64,000 nucleotides of DNA from Lobosporangium transversale (Eukaryota), in contig NW_019028982.1 of NCBI RefSeq assembly GCF_002105155.1, positions 1,054,001 to 1,118,000 on the forward strand. The letters are read 5' to 3'. Below the pieces are notes generated by a model, which was not told where the DNA came from, searched no databases, and saw only the letters and a program-made list of their open reading frames with translations. Below are positions 13,577 to 27,243 of this stretch, one piece after another. Made by a program: the position numbers and the translations under genes. Within the stretch, counting starts at the first letter, position 1. Every line of letters begins with the position of its first letter.

Positions 13577-13600
13577 TATATATATATATATATATATATA
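13577..13600. repeat. (TA)n microsatellite
   Basis: About 12 TA units, read directly. Confidence 0.9.
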
Positions 13601-15002
13601 AGAGTATGATTATAATAGATATAAAGTCTGTTTGATCATTTCAAATGACACGACAAGTTAGTCAGCAATGAGGACATTTCTCAGGCACTTCGGATCGAAT
13701 CCCTATTCAGGTCTAGGTTCTAATGTTTATTTTTTTACTCATTCAAATGCAATCACTCATCATCAATATATAGTTGCTTCTCTTTTTTTCCCTTTTTTAC
13801 AATAGTACTTTTTAGTACTGAGTTCATCAAGGTCAGATGGGGGCGATGCAACAAGCAAAGGATTAAAATTATAAATTTTTAGATGTATGTATACATCTGC
13901 TTGCTTGTTTGTTATGTGAAAAGAGCTGGATGTTTTTCAGTTTCGGCCATCTCGCCAACCATCCATGTCCTCATTTTTTTCCCTTTTAATTCACCTATTC
14001 CCCCAGCAAACATTTTTTTCACCCTTTCAGCTTCTTTCTCTTTCACCATCGCTACCTTTTGCTCCAAACATATTATTTCTTCTTTCCCCTCATAAATCCT
14101 CTCCATCTGCAGTCTTTTAGTAATAGAAAGAAGATTACCTTGGTGATCCATATCGTCGCATGTTAGTATATCTATCCAAAATAACCATCCTCCTCCTACT
14201 TTATACAGCCAGTTTCTTCTTTACTATCCAGCATTCGTACTTTTGCTATTCATAAGGATAGACAGTCAACCATCATATATTCCTTACTGTTCCCTCTTCA
14301 ATCCTCCCTCTCCATTGAAACTGATCACTCCTCTCACTTCTTTCTGTCTATCCATCTGTTTGTCCCGACTTTCCCTGTCTGTTTGTCTGTCGCCTCTGTT
14401 TTTACTTTCTTCCTTCCTCCGCCTTCTTATTCTGTTCCTGTCCTTTGTCGACTGTCCAACAAAATCTTCCAGATTGCTCCCAACCAATCAAATTTTGATT
14501 TTTTCGACCGTGATCATTTAGTGGACAGAATTTTTTCAGGGCACTCTGTTGACAGGAATTCAAGGAAGAGACAATTTGGACTATTTGACAGATAAAAAAA
14601 AAAAAAAAAGCGCAAGGAGGCAACGGCTCCAGCAGAAGCACACAGACGACATTGAAGAGGGACTCATTTAACCAGAAGTACGATTTGTGCTCACAGGCTT
14701 TTGCCAAGTGCCTATGCCAAATAACTCCCCCACGTTGAATGTCACCCCAATATATCTCACTCGCCTTGCTCTCTTTTCGTTTCTTGACGCTTCTTTGTTT
14801 TCTTTTCCCCACCTTCCATCTCTCTCCCATACCCTGACCTTCACACTCTGATACTCATATTTCCTCTCGTTCTTTCTCTTTTCATTTCATTCTAGACTGT
14901 GCAGATTGTTGTTGTAGTTATAGTTTATTGTTGTTCTTCTATAATATTCCTTCGTTTATTTCATCTTTTTAGTATTCCAAGTATTGTATTTTATATCACA
15001 CC

Positions 15003-18000
15003 ATGTCCACATACAACCATAATAACGAAACAACATTAGAGTACCCTCAGGGTGCTGGACCCACGCGCGCATACCTTCCTCCTTCTAAATCAACACCTTT
15101 GTCCTCTGGACTCTCAGCTGCATTAACAGAAAAACTCGCCGTCACCTTAGGATCTAAAAAAGCATATATGAACCTTCCCTCAATCCAAAAAGTGATTGCC
15201 AGCCATTCTAACATAAAGACCGAAGAAACCGACGCTCCAGGTTATGATGAAACCATCGCCAATATACCCGACCTCGACCTCCTCCCCCCACCACCTGTTT
15301 ATGACATTGTCAATTGTCCCACATCTCAGACGTTACTCTTAGTATCTTCCCTCATTAACACTATCCTCGCCGTCAACGACCGGCTAGCCTGTCCAAAGAT
15401 CACATTGTTCCACTCGCGAGCTATCCCCAATATTTCAATAGAGGCATATCTTTCTCGTATCCTCAAATATGCTACCTTCCAAAACGAAGTCCTCCTAATT
15501 ATTCTTCTATACTTTGATCGCATTGGCGGTGGATGCAAACCCACGCAAGTGTTGACCAACAGCTTTCCCAAAAGTCTGTTGCGGCAGGCGTCTATGACTA
15601 AAGAAGATATCAACCAATTAATGTCACCAGGAGGAGGTCATGAAGGGAATATGGACCAAGCACGAGATGAAAAAGCAGCCCTCTCGCGCCAGGGCAACGA
15701 TACCACAGGCACAGATGCTGATGCTGACTCTGATACGACGGATGAAGAAGAGGCAATTGCAGACGAGATATATACTTCATCTTCAGATTCGCCCGTTGGG
15801 TCAAAGCTGATTATCAACAGCTTCAATATTCACCGTCTTCTTATCACCAGTATCGTTGTGGCGTCAAAATTCTCATCAGACCGATTCTGTCCAAATGGTC
15901 AATATGCCAAGGTGAGTTCAAATAGCATTCGAGAACATCCACCTACTCATCCAATCTATATCCAAACATTCTGGCAATCAACCCATCCATCTAACAATTC
16001 ATCTATCTATTCACGCATCCATCATGTATCCATTTATATTCTCCATTAAACTAACCACACCTTCATGACTTGTATAGGTGGGTGGACTTCCACTGAAGGA
16101 GCTCAACCAACTTGAGCTAGAGTTCTTGTTCTTATCCCAGTTTGAGCTCAATACAACTGAGGCTGAATTGCAGTCGTATGGCAACAAGCTACTTATGTAC
16201 CATCAGCGACTTAACGGGATGGAACGTGCAGCAATTGATGCTATAACTCCGGCGAAAGGGGAGTACATCCGTCTAAACGAAAAAAAACACATAGTGCATG
16301 AAAAACCGATCCCATCTAGGATCCAGACGTCCATCCATCCACATCCACAGCATCGTCCTCCGTCCGAAATGGACCATAGACCTTTTATCTCACCAGGTCC
16401 GTATCGCGACAGTAAGGAGATCATTGATGACGATGAGGTCATGTCCGAAAAAGCGGATGACCAGATCGGATCTCCCACGGATTGGAAAAGTGGCGCAAGC
16501 ACACCAGTAGTAGCAGAAGCACCCATCGCAAAATATCCAACTCAACGGTCAAATAAGATGAACCTTGATCATATGATCTGGCCTACGAACGACGTGGACA
16601 TCAAGTACACGCCCGGCTCTTACTACGGTGCCATGGAAAAAGATGAGGATGCTGCCAGGATTGAAGAAGAGTTTAAGAAGGCTTCGCCTCCACCAGAATC
16701 TGATGAGCCGAACCCCAAACGGAAGTTGCAGCGGTTATCATCAGGGACAATGGAGTCCATACCAGCCAAGCGTGTCAACACGCCCGGCAAGGGGACGAAT
16801 TCCGAAAAGTCAAGCAGCCAACCAGGGTCCAACAAGAATATATTAAAACCTTTTTTTCGTAAGATCGCATCGCTCGCCAACAGGTCGGACGCTGCGCCAA
16901 CGCCAGAACCTGAACCATCACCTCAGCCACCATCCTTAAGATCGCATCCTTATTTGGTCCGCTATCGCGTCTCCCCTGCGTCATCCAGCACCAACCTGGC
17001 TGAGTCTGAAATGATTACTCCTACAACCCCGACATCGTCAAGGACCATGAACTGGCAACCAGATGATTACCCGAGTCAACAAACAAGAGTATCATCGGCA
17101 TTTCAGATGAAACCGCCGCCACCCCCATACAGCGGCCAAGACCAGGAAGCAGACCTTGAGAGGCAACCTCGTCCTATGGCTACGGGTCCCTCGCGACGCC
17201 GACAGCATCGATCTCGTGAGCCATCATTGTCTCTACTTGCATCTGAGCTTTCGTTTGAGCCTCGGTCGAGTCTATCCCCTATGCACGAAGAGACTAAACC
17301 TGATGCTGAAATGACTCACCCTGCAACATTGGCACCATTATATTTCCCTCCCAGGCCTCAGACAGTCCAAAGTGGTCCCCAAACCATGCAACAACCCTTG
17401 TATGCACATCCGCATGCATACTCATCTGAGCCCATTCAAGGCTATTCGACACCACCGACCACTCCCATGCGGAAGGAACGGTCTGCTAGTGATGCTCGCG
17501 GCATGAAGGAGTATCCGTTTGAGCACCAGCCAACGTCAACTGCAGCTTCATCACATAGCATACCAATGGTCGCTTCTCCCTCGTCAGAAGTAGATGATAA
17601 TGCGATGCAATGTGATGAAGAATCCATGGCTAGTGTGTCGCCTACCTCTGTGGCCACAGCTACAACTAAGCGGTTCCACTCTGCACCGGTAGTGTCTGTC
17701 TCTGACCCTCCACAAGAAAAATATAAAATGAGCGCTCCAGAGAGGATAGAGACAGGGAAGCCGAATGCAGACATGTCTTCGTCAGCATCAGCAGCATCAC
17801 CATCGCCTTCCTCGGCTCATAGCAGCCACAGCCAAAGAGAGTCAGTCGAAAATGAAGCAATAGCTGGTAGGCATTGGATACCGAGACATGCGCCTGCACC
17901 ACCTCATCCCTCTGTTCAATATCCTCACTCTCATTACGTTGCCTCCTACTACCCTGCCTCTAATGTGCAGCTGCTCCAAAACCCAGCAGCAGCAACAGCA

Positions 18001-18714
18001 GTAGGGCCCCGACCCGTCATGATGATCCCTCGAAACCCACAAACTCTTCCCGGGTTGAGCTCGAACTCCAACTCAAGCCCCAACAAGATACCACAAACAT
18101 CCGTGGCAGCTCGTCCGGCCCGTCAGTTTGCTCCAATCCGGCCCAGGACTCCTACAACGAACGACGAAGACTCAAAAGGCCGCGTAGTCCCTGCGGCTAC
18201 TGAGACTGTGCCATCACCAAGCACTACTACGGCTTCATCAGCCACTGCAGCCTCAGCTTCAAGCCAAAAGAAGAAAAAGAATTCAGTATCGTCCGAGTCC
18301 AAGTCCAAGGCTCAGTATCCCCCACCACCATTGCGCCCATTAGTGCCAACAGTGATGGCGACGGCGGCACCACCTCCATACCGTCCCCCCCAGTTCATTG
18401 CTTATCCTGCCCCATATGGCCCTCAACTTCGAGCGCCTGATGGAACACCGATTCGTTCCCCAGCCCCTATAATGATGGCGGTAGACTATCCTCCCGGTGC
18501 TCTTGCAGGACATGGGCACCAATTTATTGCAGCAGCTCCTCAAACGCCAGGGGGTGGCCCTGCACCCACAAGGCTCTATATACCTGTAATCCCTGTCATG
18601 TACAACAAAGCACCAGTAGCGGCTGCTCCAATCATAGGGTCATCATCATCTGGAAAAGCACCCGGGAAGCCAAACACGCCAGCCAAAATCGCACCCAGAA
18701 TACACCGTCCTTAA
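15003..18714 (+). CDS. Pho80/Pcl-family cyclin with very long disordered C-terminal tail, ~1181 aa
   Basis: Exons are 15003-15911 and 16078-18714 (GTGAGT...CTAAC...TAG intron). Cyclin motifs: FHSRAIPNISIEAYLSRILKY, INSFNIHRLLITSIVVASKFSSD and YAKVGGLPLKELNQLELEFL. Confidence 0.9.
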
Positions 18715-19298
18715 AAAAAAAAGTGATATGGTTTGCAAATATTTAATGATTAAAATGATGTAATAAAAATAATGATTTGCATATTGATCTACTTTGACGC
18801 GTATCTGTAACATAATCATGTTGTAGTGTAGTGGTGGACGAATGCTGTAAAGAACGCGACAAGTTAAAAAGAAGCCTCGTAATGCCCCGTAAGACCTTTT
18901 TTTTTTTTTTTTTTTTTTTTTTTCGATCCAAGTGAACTGAAGGACCTAGAAATGATGCTTCGAGTTACAGGTTATAGCTCAGTGGAGATAGTGCGACAAA
19001 AAAGGAATGTCGCTTAAACATTATCTTTTTTTTTTTTTTTTTTTTTGCCATAGAAATAGAAGCGATGATAACTTGTATCCGTGATTGAGTATTGTGTAAA
19101 AAATAAGAAATACATAACGTGGGTGCATGTAAAAAGAAAAAATTTCAAGCGGGCCCTCATTTTTTATTTTATTTTATTTTTTTTATTTTTTATTTTTTTT
19201 ACGTTAAACACATTAACCACGTATTTTCATTGCTACATCACACCACACCATAACCAAACTATATACCATACTGCACCGTACCACACACCACACTATCT

Positions 19299-19390
19299 AT
19301 GGGTCAGGTTCAGAGTAGAGAGATAGACGAAAGTCATTTCAAGCTGACTGTTAGTGACAAGGATGCGCTGATTAGCAAGTACATCGGTGA

Positions 19391-19424
<34 letters not shown>

Positions 19425-21536
19425 CGGATTGTATTGTGTTGGTGACAGAAGCAAACAGCGGTGACGACAACTACCACGGCGACAACAATAGCAACATAAA
19501 GTTTAAGAAACAATAGAACGATACAAGTAGCAATGAGTTGACAACCAACAACGTGTTGGAAAAGATTAAAAAGAAAATCAGTCGGTAAATGAATCAACTC
19601 TATAGTGCAAAAAAAAAAAAAAAAAAAAAAAACAGTGGAGTGGCGGCGCTGTCAGACAAACGCAAAAAAGAAAAAAGAAAAGAAAAGAAAGAAAAACGCG
19701 AGAAATCTTTTTGTAACATTACGAGCAAGCGCATCAATACATTTATGAATGTGCTTGTGTTGAACTGGGGATGGAAAGTCCTGGGTATTCTTTGTGTTTG
19801 TTATAAGAGTTATCGGAGACGCGCTTGTCGATTGAGTGACCATGGGGGGCAATTTTCAATCAAGCAATCAAGCAATCAAGCAATCAAGCAATCAGTCAAT
19901 CTTTTTTTTTTTTTTTTTTAAATCAATGGTCCATTACAACCGAAAAACTAATCATTTAATCAATCAGAACTGGCCTCATCCGCGAGAGGTGGAAAGGTCC
20001 TTGAGACTTCGGACGAACTCTTTGGCGAGGGTTTCCACTTGATCAAAGAGGGTCCTGCTATCGAGGACAAGGACCGCGAAACCCCCAACGGTTTCTGGAA
20101 AGTATGTACAATACCAATACAATTTTACAATGGATGATGTCACCCTTCAAGGTGTGGTGCTTTATCCACACGTTATGAATATTAATGGTTTTTTTGCTTC
20201 TCTATCGACTTTTTATTATCGATAGGATGGCTGGGAGACAAGGTAAATAACCTGGCTAGAATAAGCTGAGGTTGCTAAAAAAAAAAAAAAAAAAAAAAAA
20301 GTCTTGTTTCAAGCCATGATACAAATATTTTTTCTCTATCTCATATTTATAGGAGACATAACAAAAAGACCCACCACACCGCTATTATTCAACTTGCCAG
20401 TGCTGGAACAATTGCTGGCTTTGATATCGATACTTCGTTCTTTGATGGAAGTCATCCCTCTTATGCCTCTGTCGAGGCTTGCCTTAAAGTTGATGGAGTT
20501 CAGGACAAATATGAGGTGCGTCCGTTGAAGATGAAGAAAGGGGTCTTTATCAGCGGTTACTAGTTGGGATGATCAATGATCAGGTATGATTTTCTTTCGT
20601 TATCTTCTGATACCTCTTTTCTTTTTAATAAATTAGTGGAAGGAGGTTTTGCCCAAGGTCCCTTTGAGTGGAAACTCACATCATTATTATGGAATCAGAG
20701 CATCAGATGATGTCTATACTCATGTCAAGCTCAATATGTTCCCAGACGGAGGAATTGTAAGATGCACAGACAAAACAAAGACAATCATTTACTCGTTCAT
20801 TTTCAATCCGTTGTTATTAGCCTTTGTCGTGGCAGAAATGAGTTTCCTCACCCGTATTATTATATTATTGGTTACCATTCCTTGTTTATTATCCTAGGCT
20901 CGTCTTCGTGTTTATGGAAATGTGTCCCCCATCTTCCCAGATGAAAAAACGGTCTTGAATCTGGCCTCACTTTCAAGTGGTGCCCGCGTAGTCAAGTCGA
21001 GCGATGAACGTTACGGAAAGTCTTCTAATCTTATTCTCCCTACCGAGGGCACCAACACCCGTGATGGCTGGCAGACTCGTCGTTCTCGTGTGGAAGGACA
21101 TTACGACTGGGTTGAAATTAAATTGGGTGCTATGGGTCTTTTGGAATCACTGGTTGTTGACACCACCCACTTCCGTGGAAATCACCCTGACTTTGTCAGC
21201 TTAGATGCCTGCAACAGTGAATATGTAAGTAGAGGGATCAAGAAGATCAAGACGTTTATGACGTCGATTTTCCTCCATCCTGTGTAGACAGGGATGACTG
21301 GAACCTGACGAATTAACGAATCTTTTTCCTTATCTGTAGAATGATGTCCAGTATGATCCCGATGTCACTTGGGTCTGCCTTTTGAAGAAGTCTCCAGTCC
21401 TGGGTGACGAAAAGAACATCTACATCCTCGAACCTACTGAGGATGCTTACACGCATGTCCGTCTTAACATCTTCCCAGGTAAAAAAAAAAAAATCTCTAA
21501 GCAAGATCATATTAAATGTTCTCGTAATAGAGAAGC

Positions 21537-21575
<39 letters not shown>

Positions 21576-22200
21576 AACAGCTTTTCTTTTTCTTTTTTCT
21601 TTTTTTTTATCTTGCAAAAAAATACAAATAGATGGCGGTGTTTCGCGCGTTCGTGTTTATGGAGCGCGTGTTCCCGAACCGGTAGCACCTGCGGTGGAAG
21701 TTGAAGTTATAGAGGAGAAACTAGTTGACGCTGTAAACGATCTCAAGGTCAACGGATTGTTGAAAGCCGCAGCTGCTATTTCTCCAAAGGACCCATTAGT
21801 CGCAGTTTCTAGCACGTCCAACATTACAGAAACCACAGAAACCACAAAAATTACAGAGATCACAACGATTGTTGAGACGACCGAGAAAGTTGTTGAAACA
21901 ACTGAGGAAGTTGTTGAGGAAGGACCAAATGGCATTGCTACTGATGGTCTTCCAGTCTTGACCGCAGAGGCCTCATCCGTAACCTTGGTTGATGAGGAAA
22001 CAGCTGAACCAGCAAAGAAGAGTCCAGCCAAGCGTGGACGCGTCAAGGCTGCGGCAAATGCTGCAGTAGCTGCCTCCAAGCTGGCATCGCCCAAGAAGAA
22101 GGCCAAGGGTCGCTCCTCTAGTGTGTTGGACGAGGAGGATGAGGCATCGGAGTCATCGTCGGTTTCAGGAACTCCCCGCGCTAAGAAGGCACGCGAGTAA
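19299..22200 (+). CDS. Allantoicase-family protein (two allantoicase repeats) with N- and C-terminal extensions, 8 exons, ~518 aa
   Basis: Exons 19299-19386, 19968-20101, 20226-20242, 20353-20515, 20637-20756, 20898-21224, 21340-21478 and 21632-22200 sum to 1557 nt in frame. Motifs: [48 protein letters not shown] and [20 protein letters not shown]. Confidence 0.9.
19857..19895 (+). repeat. (CAATCAAG)n 8-bp tandem repeat in allantoicase intron 1
   Basis: About 4-5 units of caatcaag, read directly. Confidence 0.85.
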
Positions 22201-22533
22201 AAAAGAAAAATATAATAGTTGTAGTGTAACAGTGTATCCCAAAAAGAAAATTATTTTGTAGTAATCTTTCATTTGGAGAAAAAGCAGGTGACCCTTGACT
22301 GTCATTGTGAGGGCGTGGAGTTGCATGTCGGGGACATCCTTATTCTCATTTATTTCTTTTCATTCGTTCCAACAACTCTATAAATCTATAAATCTATAAA
22401 TCTATATCCTTCATTCCTTCGTTTCCTTCATTTCCTTCTTTGACACGCAGGCAATAAGCCATTCCAAGGAAAAGAAAGTCTTCAAACAATAAGAGTCTAA
22501 TCGCCCCAACAAAAAGAATAAAGACAGTGTGCT

Positions 22534-24936
22534 ATGACGTCCCCTACAGGCTCAGTCTCTGACCTTTTAGCAACTTCAGGCACAGAAGGGAATAGAGAGA
22601 GTACACTGGATGCCTCTGTCTTCGTGGATCCTTATTCAGAATCTAATCCTTTCGCAGAGGATTTATTGGAGCCTGTTTTGAGGACTTCGACACCCCTCAA
22701 TTTTGGCGAATATTATCCGCGACCGACGGACATGTCTGCTGCTACTGCCAGTGCAAATGTTAACGACACTGATGATGACAACGATGGCGATAATGATGGT
22801 AGCGGTAACAGTAATGATAGCAATAAACCTGAGTCGACTTTGCTCTCAAAATCACTTTCTGGTCTGAACCTTAGTGGAAGTCATCAACAAGAACACCGCG
22901 ATCCGGAACGGATTTTATCAAGCGGTGATGGTGGAGGAGGGCATCAACGATGGAATAGCGTCGATTCAAATAACCGCTATGATAGTGATGAAGGTCTACA
23001 ACAATCATCAAATGAACATGATACCATCAGCACTGCTGCAACGACGACACGGCGAAAGGAAAGCGTAGGGCAGTACCGCCCTGAATCAACACGATCCCTT
23101 GGATCACAGGTAATGGAGAGTAAATGTAAAAAGATTCTTCCATCCAATTGGCTCAAGACGTACAAAAGTCAACTGCGCAAAACCATTACTAACTGTCTCT
23201 TTCTCTTTGTTTCATAAAAAAAACCATATAGATGTCCTTTAGACTTCCTGAGAACGGCGTGCTTCCTTGGTTTGAGATCACGGTGGGTGAACCCCAAAAG
23301 GTTGGGGATGTGATCAATCCTCATATTGTTTATAAGGTTCATGTCAAGGTAAAAAAGTGAGAGACAAAATTTCATTTTTTCTGTGCTCGAATTGGTGGTG
23401 CGTCTTACCTTGCTCTTTTTTTTTTTATTTATTTTTTTTTTTTTTATCAAAAAGCTAATCTCTTAGTTCTTTATCTTTCTAAGACAAATTCAACAGCATT
23501 CAAATCAAACGACTTCACAGTGCAAAGGAGATATAAAGACTTTTTATGGCTCTACAACCAATTAACGACTCATAATCCTGGAGTGATTGTACCGCCAGTC
23601 TCAGAGAAACATGCCATTGGACGATTTCAGAACGAGTTTGTAGAAAGCCGTAGAATTGCATTAGAAAGGTGTTTACGGAAGATGACGGCACATCCCATGC
23701 TTTATGGCGATCCAGACTTGAAGCTCTTCTTGGAGAGTGATAGTCTCTTTGCGGAGGTAAAGGAGCTAGCCTGACAAGGATGCCTCTATCATTGCTGTTT
23801 TAAAAGCCACCGTTCCATATGACAAACATTTTTATTATTATTTTCTATTGATGAATTAGATCAAAGAAAAGCGCCAAGATAGCTCAAAGGGATTCATGAC
23901 AAAGTTTGGGGAGACTCTTTCAAGTGCCACTACATTCACAAAAGTGCATGAAACAGATGAGGTGTGTTCACGGTCGCTGGTCTAGGGCTGGAATGGTCAA
24001 TGGCTAACGTGCTGTTGTTTTGATGATACATTTCCTTATTACTAATGCAAACCATCATCTCCCTGATTCTAGTGGTTTGAGTCACGCCGTAATCAGCTAG
24101 AAGTACTTGATAGCCAGCTCAAGTCGTTATTAAAGGCGATTGAAGCCATCATCAAGCAGCGCAAGGATCTTGGAGCTTCATCTGCAGAGTTCGGTGAGAG
24201 TATTGTGTCATTAGCTAGTACCGAACTAAACAAGCCGCTGGCTAACTCGCTTCTCGTCCTTGGTAACCTCAAGATTCGAATCAAGGAGCTTCATGAGAAG
24301 CAAGCTAATATGGACGTGTTAACTTTGGAACATACAGTGGATGAATATATTCGTACGATCGGGTCTATCAAGATTGCATTCATGGCTCGTGCCAAATTCA
24401 ATCAAAATATGGTGCAGGCCCAGAATGACCTTTCGAAAAGGAAGGCTAATTTCGAGAAAATGAGCCAACCTAGCCGCAAGACCAAGCCTGAACGTCTCCA
24501 GCAGCTGCAACAAGAGATTGCAGAGGCAGAGCAACGTGTGGATTCAACCAAAAAGGAGTTTGAAGAGATCTCTAGTTTGATCCGACAAGAGTTTGATCGG
24601 TTTGATCGTGAGAAAGTTGAGGATTTCAAACAGAGTGTGGAAGCATTTCTGGCAAGCATGGTCAAGCATCAGCGCGAGATTGTGGGGCTGTGGGAAAACT
24701 ATTTCAAAGCGCTCAACGGAGCTACTGAAGAACACAACCAAGCACAACAGCAAAGCCAGAATCTTGGCGCATCAAAAGCACAGACCTCATCGCAGGGCGA
24801 TCTATCACCTGCCACAGGAGCAGCGGTGGATACCGCACCTCAGTCTGCCGTTGACAATTCGTACACTCGGGAAGACCATGGCATCCGGACAAATCAGCCG
24901 AATGATGTTCTTTCAGCAAATGCATGGAGCAGCTAG
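22534..24936 (+). CDS. VPS5: Retromer sorting nexin Vps5 (PX-BAR)
   Basis: PX domain: FEITVGEPQKVGD...HIVYKV / VQRRYKDFLWLYNQL...PGVIVPPVSEKHAIGRFQNEFVESRRIALE. BAR domain ends EFDRFDREKVEDFK. There are 5 exons with GT-AG introns. Confidence 0.92.
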
Positions 24937-25332
24937 AAATTAGAGTTTTTTAGTCTATACTGAAATACATGTATTAAAAATACAGTGAGGAATAGTTTGC
25001 GATGTTTAGTAAGAAAATGTCAGTTCCGCGCACCATACCCATCTCATCGACTGCAAACGACTACTTGGTTCTGCTATTTCTTTTTTCTTTGCATCTATTC
25101 ATTGTCTTCTCTACTTACATTTCCATGTCTAAAGGAATTGAGACCATTATTGAGTTTCTCCTTCTAATAGTCTAGTGACCAGTGAGCCAATATGTGAAGT
25201 ATATTTGGGATGTCTTCTCTCGTCTCTCTTCTTACATTAGTTCTTCGCCAATTCGTCTTTCTTCCATTCTTCTGATTTCTTTCTAAACCGAGGCTGAGGG
25301 CGGAGCATCCACCACTCTTAGACATCCATTAG

Positions 25333-25370
<38 letters not shown>

Positions 25371-26114
25371 AAGCTACAAAGATTTTTGGAAAAAGGTCTT
25401 CTTGGACTTCTTTTCAGACTTGCCACATTGAGACTTCCTTAGACTCTTGTCCAATGGGGGAGACTAACTCATCCTCTACAGTAAGCCGCAACGCGCCCAA
25501 CTGTTCCGAACGCTTCAAAGTTTGTCTGTAGTCGATTAAGTTGATATTATGATATGTATTGAGTCACAGGATTCAAGAGAGTTGCGCAGCTGAGAATCTT
25601 GGAGTCATTCTTATTGCAGTTATGAGCGACAAAACGGTTTTCAAGCTCAACAAGAATAGTAACAAAAAAAAAAAAAGTGGCTCTTTTCTCGAAGTTTGAC
25701 TTGTTTAAATTTGTTGACGCGTTTAGTCAATTCTGTAGAGTGCATAATCATTCCTCTTTTTTCCTAGTCTGCTACGCATTCTTCCGTATTATTAATTTTT
25801 TTTTTTTTTTTTTTTTTCTTTTTCAGTTTTATTATATAAAGTTTGTGGCTTCGCCTGCCCATATCCCCATATTTTACCAAATGCGTCCTTTTTTTGTTCT
25901 TGCTTATTTATCCGAAAAGAGAAGGATGTGGGTGTTACACGCATAAAAAAGATGTCTACTTTTCTCACGTTTTTTTTTCCTGCCGTTTCTCACGTTCTAT
26001 GTTCAGCTTTATTCTTTTCATCTCTTCCTCTGTCTCCATCTCTATCTCTCTCTATCTCTGCCTCTTCGATAACCACAACAAGAGCAACGACACGATAAAA
26101 AGAAAGTAAAAGAA

Positions 26115-27074
26115 ATGGCTCAAGATTCTCAGGATATCAAGATTGGATGGATTGGGCTTGGAGAGATGGGGCTTGGGATGGCTACCAACCTTCAGAAATA
26201 CCTCTCTTCAAAATCCTCTCCTTCTTCTTCACCATCACAACAATATAATCTCACGGTTTGGAATCGGTCACCTGGCAAGACTGAAATAGTTGAGGCCCTG
26301 GGAGCTAAAAAGGCTTCTTCCCTTCAAGAGCTAGTGTTGGAATCCAATGTCATCTTTACATCCCTTGCAAACGATGCAGCGGTGCTATCTGTCTATCAAG
26401 AACTATTCTCTTCCCTCACTAAGCTTCGAATCAAGACACCACTCATCTTTGTAGAAACCTCTACGATTCATCCGAGAACGGCTCAACAGCTCTCAGATCG
26501 ATTGAAATCACTTGCTCCTCAGCATTCTTATCTACAATGTCCAGTCTTTGGCCGACCTCCTGCAGCTCAAGCTGGGGAATTGGTCTGGGTGGCCACTGGA
26601 CCTCCTGAACCGATCTCAAGACTTAGACCTTATTTCGAATCCATGTCCAAATCTATTATCGATCTCAAGACCCCAGATGTGAAAGTCGCCAGTTCGTTCA
26701 AGTTGATTGGTAATTTCTTTGTTGCCGGTACTATTGAGTTATTAGCAGAGGGGCTGTCGTTAGCCGAGAAGACCGGAGTGGATCAGGAAGCGGTCTTAAA
26801 ATTCATTCAGTTGTTTTTCCCGGCTCCTTCTTGGACTGGGTATAGTCAAAAGATGGTGGAGGGGTCAATTATGAGCAAAGAAGGTGGTTTCTCTGTAGAC
26901 TTGGGGATGAAAGATGTGGGTCATATAAGGGATTTAGCCAAGGATAATGGAGCCCATGTACCAACAGCGGATTTGATGTATCAACATTTAACCACTTTGA
27001 AGGATCAAGGGAAAGGGAGCCAGGATTGGGGCAGCGTGATTCAAGTCTTGAGAAAAGGCCCGCCTTCATCTTAA
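26115..27074 (+). CDS. NAD(P)-dependent beta-hydroxyacid dehydrogenase (3-hydroxyisobutyrate/6-phosphogluconate dehydrogenase-like), intronless
   Basis: Rossmann motif IGWIGLGEMGLGMA, then VWNRS, ETSTIHP, CPVFGRP, catalytic FKLIGN and GGFSVDLGMKD. Confidence 0.92.
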   Translation: MAQDSQDIKIGWIGLGEMGLGMATNLQKYLSSKSSPSSSPSQQYNLTVWNRSPGKTEIVEALGAKKASSLQELVLESNVIFTSLANDAAVLSVYQELFSSLTKLRIKTPLIFVETSTIHPRTAQQLSDRLKSLAPQHSYLQCPVFGRPPAAQAGELVWVATGPPEPISRLRPYFESMSKSIIDLKTPDVKVASSFKLIGNFFVAGTIELLAEGLSLAEKTGVDQEAVLKFIQLFFPAPSWTGYSQKMVEGSIMSKEGGFSVDLGMKDVGHIRDLAKDNGAHVPTADLMYQHLTTLKDQGKGSQDWGSVIQVLRKGPPSS

Positions 27075-27243
27075 ACCATATATATAGCCTTTCCCACTTC
27101 CCTGTTCCCACTTACCACATCTCCCGTTATCCCATTCATAGTATTTTACTTTCCTTCCTTATGAATGTGAATATGAAGTTGAACCGATGTATATTTGCAT
27201 CAACTTAATGCAAGAATAAAAGCGGTCCTTGTTTGGTAATATG

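Noticed and set aside
26115..27074. Intronless dehydrogenase as a recent bacterial HGT
   Set aside because: The family is widespread in fungi, composition matches neighbouring genes, and it has a fungal-style S/P-rich insertion; lack of introns alone is not evidence.
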